Assembly: GCF_000406145.1 (NCBI RefSeq)
Contig: NZ_CM001976.1
Coordinates: 1,428,730 to 1,435,214 of the forward strand
DNA from: Dickeya dadantii NCPPB 898
GTDB lineage: Bacteria > Pseudomonadota > Gammaproteobacteria > Enterobacterales > Enterobacteriaceae
DNA length: 6,485 bases
Reading direction: 5' to 3'
The notes beneath the pieces were generated by a model. It did no database searches. It was not told where the DNA came from and saw nothing but the letters and a program-made list of their open reading frames with translations. Made by a program: the position numbers and the translations under genes. This document shows, one piece after another, positions 1 to 5,575 of this stretch; positions within the stretch are counted from its first letter, which is position 1, and each line of letters begins with the position of its first letter.

Positions 1-421
1 CGCTCATTGAGCGATCCAGCTTCAAATTGGCACCGTCGATCACATAGGGATAAGGGATTTCCTTGTCCGACAGCGCGACTTCGATAGTGGCCGAATAATC
101 GTTTTCCAGGATCGCCAACTGTTCCGCCAGATAGTGCCGGAACAGCTGCGGCCGGGTGACGGTGGTGCGGTAGTTGCCGCCGTGGGTCAGGCGGCCGTAC
201 GCGCGGGTTTTGCTGTGCTTTTGGGACTGCCCGTCCCAACTGATGCGCAGTTCCGGGTAGACAAATAGCCCGTTGGCGCGCTCGGCGGCATCCGGCAGGG
301 TGCCGTGGGTAATAAAATCGCCGATTGCGGTGCGTAACGCTTTGACTGCGCGATCATACAGCGCTTCCAACTGGTCCAGCGCCTCGCTGGCGGACAGGCC
401 TGCGCCAGGTGCATAACTCAT
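1..421 (-). CDS. amn: AMP nucleosidase, N-terminal 140 codons; the gene continues past the left edge of the window
   Basis: Not in the supplied ORF track, probably because it is open at the edge. My minus-strand translation from ATG (complement of 419-421) reads MSYAPGAGLSASEALDQLEALYDRAVKALRTAIGDFITHGTLPDAAERANGLFVYPELRISWDGQSQKHSKTRAYGRLTHGGNYRTTVTRPQLFRHYLAEQLAILENDYSATIEVALSDKEIPYPYVIDGANLKLDRSMS. This is colinear with E. coli Amn as I remember it (LFVYP, WDG, KTRAFGR, ITRP.LFR.YL.EQL, EIPYPYVIDG..L.LDRSMS). A GGAG Shine-Dalgarno (complement of 427-430) lies 5 nt upstream of the ATG. The 75-aa track ORF at 187-414(-) is an out-of-frame artefact of this gene. Confidence 0.85.
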   Translation of the reverse strand, partial: MSYAPGAGLSASEALDQLEALYDRAVKALRTAIGDFITHGTLPDAAERANGLFVYPELRISWDGQSQKHSKTRAYGRLTHGGNYRTTVTRPQLFRHYLAEQLAILENDYSATIEVALSDKEIPYPYVIDGANLKLDRSMS

Positions 422-694
422 CTTCACTCCTTTTTTCCGATGCGATGGCCGACGCCATACAGTGCGCCCATTGTGGCACAGCACACATCACGGCACGATG
501 GGATAAAAGTGAATTTGAAAAGTCAGGGGGCGGTACCTTCATAGAAAACTAATTTGTGATTTATATCTCAAATTTAAGGGGTCGTTTCGCTCGCTTTTTA
601 AACCAATAAAGAACAAATGCAAAATCTGCGCATGGTCATTGCTTTATGAACGGGCGAAGTCACACCTAACCGTTCAACAACAAGGAGCAAGACC
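422..694. promoter_or_regulatory. Divergent amn / hcp intergenic control region
   Basis: This 273-bp non-coding stretch is clearly more AT-rich than both flanks and lies between two divergently oriented start codons (amn 421, hcp 695). It must hold both promoters. I could not place a convincing -35/-10 pair or a sigma-54 -24/-12 element by eye. Confidence 0.5.
551..572. promoter_or_regulatory. Candidate CRP (cAMP receptor protein) operator
   Basis: ATTTGTGAtttataTCTCAAAT has TGTGA at 554-558, a 6-nt spacer, and TCTCA at 565-569, against the consensus TGTGA-N6-TCACA. By my count it matches about 15 of 22 positions of the AAATGTGATCTAGATCACATTT consensus. It lies roughly midway between the divergent amn and hcp starts. 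Confidence 0.3.
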
Positions 695-1213
695 ATGCCA
701 ACTCCATGCTATATCAGCATCGAAGGTAAAACTCAGGGCAATATCACCGCCGGCGCCTTTACTTCCGACTCTGTCGGCAACATCTACGTGCAGGGCCACG
801 AAGATGAGATGCTGGTGCAGGAATTCAAACACATCGTCACCGTGCCGACCGACCCGCAGTCCGGCCAGCCGTCCGGTCAGCGCGTGCACAAACCGTTCAA
901 ATTCACCGTCGCCCTGAACAAGGCCGTGCCGCTGCTGTATAACGCGCTGGCGTCCGGCGAAATGCTGCCGACCGTGACCCTGAAGTGGTACCGCACGTCT
1001 GTCGAAGGCAAGCAGGAGCATTTCTTCACCACCAAACTGACCGACGCCACCATTGTCGACATCAACAACCAGATGCCGCACTGCCAGGACCCGTCCAAGC
1101 AGGATTACACCCAGCTGATCGAAGTGTCGCTGGCGTACCGCAAAATCGACTGGGAACACACCGTGGCCGGGACTTCCGGCTCTGACGACTGGCGCGCGCC
1201 GATCGAAGCGTAA
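695..1213 (+). CDS. hcp: Type VI secretion tube protein Hcp (TssD), 172 aa
   Basis: The translation MPTPCYISIEGKTQGNITAG...HEDEMLVQEF.H.VTVPTDPQSGQPSGQRVHKPFKFTVALNKAVPLLYNAL...KWYRTS.EGKQE.FFTTKL...MPHCQDP...AGTSGSDDWRAPIEA is near-identical in pattern to enterobacterial Hcp. AGGAG at 683-687 lies 7 nt before the ATG. The size (172 aa) is typical. Confidence 0.97.
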   Translation: MPTPCYISIEGKTQGNITAGAFTSDSVGNIYVQGHEDEMLVQEFKHIVTVPTDPQSGQPSGQRVHKPFKFTVALNKAVPLLYNALASGEMLPTVTLKWYRTSVEGKQEHFFTTKLTDATIVDINNQMPHCQDPSKQDYTQLIEVSLAYRKIDWEHTVAGTSGSDDWRAPIEA

Positions 1214-1222
1214 TCACGCCGC

Positions 1223-1255
1223 AACCCGGACTCCGGTCCGGGTTTTTCTGTTTTT
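1223..1255 (+). terminator. Rho-independent terminator or attenuator after hcp
   Basis: A perfect 9-bp stem pairs AACCCGGAC (1223-1231) with GTCCGGGTT (1236-1244) around the 4-nt loop TCCG. It runs straight into TTTTTCTGTTTTT. It starts 10 nt after the hcp stop codon. Confidence 0.7.
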
Positions 1256-1378
1256 GTCTGCGCTGAGCGATGACGCGCCCATCGCTGAGTGCAGTCGTAT
1301 TGATCATGATTTTACGCTGACGCACGGCATCAGACCGGGTGTGCGGTAGCTATGGAGCCGGGGAAAGGAGGAAGCAAG

Positions 1379-3416
1379 GTGGCTAACAGTACAGGATTGC
1401 AGTTTACCGTGAAAATCGGCGCATTGGCGGACACCACCTTCGCGGTGGTGGATTTCGAACTGAGTGAGGCGCTGAACCAGCCGTTTGCGCTGTCGCTGAG
1501 TCTCGCCAGCAGTCAGGCCGATATCGATTTCGGCGCGGTGCTGGACCAACCGTGCGAGCTGATGGTGTGGTACGAAGGCGCACTGCAACGCCGGGTCAGC
1601 GGTATCGTCAGCCGCTTTGCCCAGGGCGACACCGGCTTTCGCCGCACCCGCTATCAGGCCGAGGTGCGCCCGGCGCTGTGGCGGCTGGGGCTGCGTACCA
1701 ACGCCCGTATCTTCCAGACCAAAAAGCCGGATGAGATTATCACCGAACTTGCTGCAAGAAGCCGGGATCACCGATTTTGCCTTTGCCCTGCGCCACGACC
1801 ACGCGGTGCGCGAATACTGCGTGCAGTACCGCGAAAGCGACCTGGCGTTCATCCACCGGCTGGCGGCGGAAGAAGGGCTGTTCTACTTCCACGAATTCGA
1901 AGCCGACAAGCACCGGGTGGTGTTTGCCGACGACGCCGGCGCGCTGACCAAAGGCCCCGAGCTGTTTTTTAACCTGGCAACACAAGGGCTGACCGAAGGC
2001 GCCTACGTGCGCCGTTTCCGCTACGCCGAAGCGGTAAGCACCGCCGAGGTGGAACTGAAAGATTACTGTTTTAAAACCCCGGCCTACGGGCTGTCGCACA
2101 AAAAGACCAGTAACGAGCTGGAGCACCAGCGCGAATCCTACCAGCACTTCGACTACCCCGGTCGTTTTAAGCAAGATCCGAGCGGCAAGGCGTTTACCGG
2201 CTACCGACTGGACGCGCTGCGTGCGGATGCGATAACCGGTGTGGGGGAGTCCAACGCCGCCGAACTGCGGCCGGGCAGCGCTTTTACCCTGACTGAACAC
2301 CCGAACCCGGCGTTCAATCTGGCCTGGCAGGTGGTGGCGGTGACCCACAGCGGTCAGCAGCCACAGGCGCTGGAAGAGGAAAGCGGCGGCGAGCCGACCA
2401 CGCTCAGCAACAGCTTTGAGGTGGTGAAAGGATCCACCACCTGGCGCGCGGCGCTGCCGTACAAGCCGATGGTAGACGGCCCGCAGATTGCCACCGTGGT
2501 CGGCCCGGCGGGCGAAGAGATTTACTGCGATAAATTTGGCCGGGTGAAGCTGCAATTCCCGTGGGACCGCTACGGCGCCAGCGACGACCAGAGCTCCTGC
2601 TGGGTGCGGGTCAGTCAGGGCTGGGCCGGCGGGCAGTACGGGTTAATCGCCATTCCACGTATCGGCCATGAGGTGGTGGTGAGCTTTCTGGAGGGCGACC
2701 CGGACCAGCCGCTTATCACCGGCCGGACGTTCCATGCCACCAACCCCACGCCGTATGTGCTGCCGGAGCACAAAACACGCACTACGCTGCGTACCGATAC
2801 CCACAAAGGCAGCGGTTTCAACGAACTTCGTTTCGAAGATGAGGCCACCCGGGAGCAGATTTACCTGCACGCACAGAAAGACATGGACGCGGTGATCAAC
2901 AACATTCATCGCCAGAGCGTCGGGTTGGATCAGCATCTGAGTGTGGCGAACGACCAGTTCCAGCGGGTGGATCGCCATAGCCATCGCACCATCGGGCAGG
3001 ATGATTTTGAACAGATTGGGCAGGACCATCATCAATCGATTGGTCGCCATCTCGTACAGAGCATCACCCAGTCATTCAAGCGCTTTATCGGCGGCGGCGA
3101 GATCACCCGTATTGAAGGCAGCCGCCAGACTACGCTGTCTGGTTCGGAAGAGACGCTGATCGGCGCGCATCAGCGGGTGCTGGTCAATACCGACAGCTAC
3201 CTCAAGGCGGCGGATATCGTGCTGGAAGCCGGGCAGTCGCTGACTATCAAAGCACCCGGCGGATTTATCAAAATCGACGGCGCCGGCGTCACCATCTCCG
3301 GCACGGTGGTGAAAATCAACGACGGCGGTTCCGCAGGCGCGGGCACGGCGCCGGTGTCGATCGAGCCGGAGGCTCCCACCAGACCGACGCTGCCAGATGC
3401 GCCGGACCGGCGTTAA
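1379..3416 (+). pseudogene. vgrG: VgrG (TssI) spike protein gene with a +1 frame disruption near 1748-1751
   Basis: The 5' part (track ORF 1352-1972) reads (M)[43 protein letters not shown]...[36 protein letters not shown] and then turns into Arg/Pro-rich nonsense. VgrG-like sequence resumes one frame over (track ORF 1617-3416) as [47 protein letters not shown]. That frame continues through the gp5 OB-fold ([33 protein letters not shown]...[47 protein letters not shown]) and the beta-helix repeats to a stop at 3414-3416. The likely true start is GTG 1379, with GGAGG at 1367-1371 and a 7-nt spacer. ATG 1352 has no Shine-Dalgarno sequence. Removing one nucleotide from CTTG (1748-1751) gives a single 678-codon ORF. 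Confidence 0.88.
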
Positions 3417-3425
3417 GGAGTCACC

Positions 3426-4796
3426 ATGCCAGGAGCTGCGCGTTTAGGGGACAGCTGTGCCGGTCACGGCTGCTTTCCCGCCACCCCGGTGATTGCGGGC
3501 AGTGGCGATGTGATTATCAATGGCAAACCGGCGGCGCGTAAAGGCGATGCGGTGTTGCTGCACGCCTGCCCATGCCCGAATATGCCGCACGGGGTTCACA
3601 GCCGGGCGATTTCCGCCGGTTCTGGTACGGTGATCATCAACGGTAAGCTGGCCGCCCGTATCGGCGATGCCATCGGCTGTGGCGGCTCGGTGGCGGCCGG
3701 CAGCGGGGATGTGATTATTGGCGATACGCCTTACCAGTCGCCGGTTAAATCCTGTGCGGAACAGTCGGCGAAAAGCCGCGCTCCGCTGCTGGCGCTAACG
3801 CCGATGCTGCTGCCCGCCATGATGGAATGGGCAGCAACCGTCGAACTGCCGGTGCTGGATGAAGCGCTGACGGTATTACAGCGTAAGGATCGCTATCTGG
3901 CGCGCGCTAAGCTGGCGCAACAGGCGGCGACCATGCCGAGCCTGAAAGACGCCGCCACCCGACTGGCGTTTAACAACGACAGCATCTTGCGCGCCGAAGC
4001 GGCGCAGTATGTTTATCCGGTGGATGAATTTAGACGTAAGGTAAGGGCTGTTTTGCCAAAGCCTCCTGTTGGACTTGAGGTTATTGATATAAAGAGCTTT
4101 CCTAAAATTACTCCTAAGCAATTTACTGACCCAGACTCAGGATTTGGAGCAGCGCTATTTAAGTCATCTATTAATAATGAAACGATGTTGACATTTAGAG
4201 GAACCAATAATGGTGTAACAGGTGCTAAAGATTGGCTTACAAATGGGGCTCAAGGAATAGGATTTGAAACAGCTCAATATAATCAGGCAATGGATTTGGC
4301 AAAATTGATGAAGAGACTTGTATCTCCAGAACCTGTTATTGTTGGTCACTCTTTAGGGGGAGGGTTAGCTTCTGCTGCTGTTAGTGCAACCAAATTACCA
4401 GGGTATATTTTTAATGCTGCTGGTCTTCATGCCAACACTGTTGCTAGGCAACAAGGTGCTGATTTGGCTACTACCAGTTCCTTAATTAAAACTCAAGCAG
4501 TAGATGGCGAAATCCTTACTATGCTCCAATCCTATGGCAAAGTTGCTGTACCGGGTTTACTTTCTGGTGCGGGTGCTTTGATCGGGGGTAAGGTTGGGGC
4601 TATTGCTGGTGGAGTGGCTGGTATTACGACATTGTTAGCTGGCTCTCTTCCCAGCGCTTTAGGTGAGATGAAAACATTACCTAGTTCAGGGGGATCTCCA
4701 TTAGCCCGACACGGCATGGACCAAGTTGTAGCCGGTATTGAAAAAGAAAAGAAAGAAGATATTGGAAAAATTACCAGCACGCTTAAGGGGGCATAA
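3426..4796 (+). CDS. tle: PAAR-domain T6SS effector fused to a GxSxG alpha/beta-hydrolase (class-3-like lipase/phospholipase) toxin domain, 456 aa
   Basis: The N-terminus (aa 1-100) is a PAAR spike-tip domain: AARLGDSCAGHG...VIINGKPAARKGD...VIINGKLAARIGD...GSGDVIIGD, with Cys/His metal-ligand candidates. The C-terminus has lipase_3-type motifs: GFGAALFKS...MLTFRGTNNGVTGAKDWLTN, the nucleophile elbow VIVGHSLGGGLA (Ser309, nt 4350-4352), a candidate Asp360 (4503-4505) and a candidate His429 (4710-4712). AGGAG at 3416-3420 precedes the ATG, 9 nt after the vgrG stop. The symbol tle is used only in the generic sense of type VI lipase effector, and no Tle1-4 subfamily is assigned. Confidence 0.9.
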   Translation: MPGAARLGDSCAGHGCFPATPVIAGSGDVIINGKPAARKGDAVLLHACPCPNMPHGVHSRAISAGSGTVIINGKLAARIGDAIGCGGSVAAGSGDVIIGDTPYQSPVKSCAEQSAKSRAPLLALTPMLLPAMMEWAATVELPVLDEALTVLQRKDRYLARAKLAQQAATMPSLKDAATRLAFNNDSILRAEAAQYVYPVDEFRRKVRAVLPKPPVGLEVIDIKSFPKITPKQFTDPDSGFGAALFKSSINNETMLTFRGTNNGVTGAKDWLTNGAQGIGFETAQYNQAMDLAKLMKRLVSPEPVIVGHSLGGGLASAAVSATKLPGYIFNAAGLHANTVARQQGADLATTSSLIKTQAVDGEILTMLQSYGKVAVPGLLSGAGALIGGKVGAIAGGVAGITTLLAGSLPSALGEMKTLPSSGGSPLARHGMDQVVAGIEKEKKEDIGKITSTLKGA

Positions 4797-5575
4797 TGCG
4801 ATGGTTACAGAAAATCAAATGGATCGCCGTATTGTTTGCGGGAATATTGACCGCCTGTCAGGCCGGAGGGCACAGCATGCAGGCCAGTGAATTGTTCCAG
4901 CCACCGATGGCGGCTTTATTGCAGACCATCCGCAAAGGTGATGAAGCGGAAGCACGGCGCCAGCTAGCCCAGGGGCTGAATCTGAATATTCAGGGTAAAG
5001 AAGGGATTACGCCGCTGCTGTGGCTGATTTATGAAACGCAGGATAAGAACGCAGTACGGCTGGCGTTAAAACTGGGGGCCGATCCAAATTACAAAGATGG
5101 CTCAGGCGACAGTGCGGTAAACCGGGTATCCGGTGTGCGTGATCCGGACTGGTTGCGCATTGTTCTGGATGCCGGGGGAAATCCGAATGCCATTGGGAGA
5201 CTTGAGCAACCGGCGTTATTTAGTGCGATAGGTGAAGAGCGCTGGGCCGATATCAAACTGTTGGTAGAGCGAGGGGCAGATATAAATTTAAAAGATAGTT
5301 TGGATAGAAACAGTGTGTTGTATGCGGGGTATTTGAATAAATATGAAATCGCATATTGGCTAATAGAAAAGGGTGCTGATATTACCATATATGATGCAAC
5401 AGGTAGTAATATGGCATGGACTGTGGAAGATAGTTTATCTGTTATGCCACATAATGCAGCGTCGTATCCGTGGGGCATTAAAGTAAGAGAATTGCTACAA
5501 CAACGCGGTATTAAATTTCCCCCCTTATCTCCGGCAGAAGTACGGGAGCGCCGTGCTAAAGGGGAGCCGCTTTGA
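4796..5575 (+). CDS. tli: Ankyrin-repeat lipoprotein, putative cognate immunity protein for the lipase effector, 259 aa
   Basis: The start ATG overlaps the effector stop (TAATG, 4794-4798), which suggests translational coupling. The N-terminus MRWLQKIKWIAVLFAGILTAC is a lipoprotein signal peptide with lipobox L-T-A-C (Cys21, 4856-4858). The body contains several ANK repeats (GITPLLWLIYE..NAVRLALKLGADPNYKD; DWLRIVLDAGGNPNA; RWADIKLLVERGADINLKD; YEIAYWLIEKGADITIYD). The position directly 3' of a periplasm-acting lipase toxin fits an immunity role. Confidence 0.88.
   Translation: MRWLQKIKWIAVLFAGILTACQAGGHSMQASELFQPPMAALLQTIRKGDEAEARRQLAQGLNLNIQGKEGITPLLWLIYETQDKNAVRLALKLGADPNYKDGSGDSAVNRVSGVRDPDWLRIVLDAGGNPNAIGRLEQPALFSAIGEERWADIKLLVERGADINLKDSLDRNSVLYAGYLNKYEIAYWLIEKGADITIYDATGSNMAWTVEDSLSVMPHNAASYPWGIKVRELLQQRGIKFPPLSPAEVRERRAKGEPL
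4852..5290 (+). repeat. Direct repeat copy A (about 435 bp, 5' two-thirds of tli copy 1)
   Basis: My hand alignment to 5616-6054 (offset 764 bp) finds about 26 mismatches and no indels, or about 94% identity. Identity starts within a few nt of the lipobox Cys codon and drops abruptly after ...GCAGATAT(A/C)AATTTA. Confidence 0.85.
4865..4879 (+). promoter_or_regulatory. Internal ribosome-binding site plus in-frame ATG (Met28) just after the lipobox Cys of tli copy 1
   Basis: GGAGG at 4865-4869 is followed by the 7-nt spacer GCACAGC and ATG at 4877-4879. The ATG is in frame, 7 codons after Cys21. The Shine-Dalgarno sequence is stronger than the one at the annotated start. Confidence 0.55.

Noticed and set aside
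444-458. A small hairpin, GATGGC-cgac-GCCAT, in the amn 5' leader region
   Set aside because: It has only a 5-bp stem and no adjacent T-tract or recognisable riboswitch or attenuator context. It is indistinguishable from chance.
472-490. A sigma-54 promoter suggested by TGGCAC at 472-477
   Set aside because: The required GC of the -12 element (TTGC, 12 nt after the -24 GG) is absent; the sequence reads TGGCACAGCACACATC. The second TGG, at about 632-645 (TGGTCATTGCTTT), has the wrong GG-to-GC spacing.
674-1159. A 161-aa ORF antisense to hcp, with smaller overlapping ORFs (639-917+, 877-1098-, 985-1185+, 1062-1325-)
   Set aside because: These ORFs lie inside or opposite the strongly supported hcp frame. 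Their translations are low-complexity Arg/Gly/His/Pro-rich strings typical of spurious open frames in GC-rich DNA. None has a Shine-Dalgarno sequence.
1352-1378. ATG 1352 as the vgrG start ([10 protein letters not shown] extension in the ORF track)
   Set aside because: No Shine-Dalgarno sequence precedes 1352. GGAGG at 1367-1371 is ideally spaced for GTG 1379, which gives the canonical VgrG N-terminus MANSTGLQF.... The extension would translate across the gene's own ribosome-binding site.
1745-1757. Programmed +1 ribosomal frameshift or slipped-strand phase switch in vgrG
   Set aside because: The sequence GAA CTT GCT GCA has no homopolymer tract and no slippery heptamer. It also has no rare or stop codon in the A-site context and no obvious downstream stimulatory structure. 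A mutation or sequencing error is the simpler explanation.
1740-2555. A 271-aa ORF antisense to vgrG, and other antisense or off-frame ORFs (1304-1852-, 1552-1734+, 2615-2848-, 2643-3050-, 2941-3159+, 3197-3379-)
   Set aside because: All are embedded in the VgrG coding region. Their Arg/Ala/Gly-rich composition resembles no family I recognise. This is the expected shadow-ORF behaviour in roughly 60-65% GC coding DNA.
3432-3467. A prePAAR motif (AARxxDxxxH) at the effector N-terminus, which would imply Eag-chaperone dependence
   Set aside because: The sequence is AARLGDSCAGH, with four residues rather than three between Asp and His. There are no N-terminal transmembrane helices after it and no Eag/DUF1795 gene nearby. 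It is simply the first PAAR motif of an ordinary PAAR domain.
3876-4780. Minus-strand ORFs inside the effector gene (3876-4121, 4013-4207, 4164-4349, 4532-4780), plus 5089-5586(-), 5525-5719(-) and 5771-5980(-) inside the tli genes
   Set aside because: They are antisense to ORFs with clear domain signatures (PAAR, GHSLGG, ANK repeats). They have no ribosome-binding sites and no recognisable motifs.
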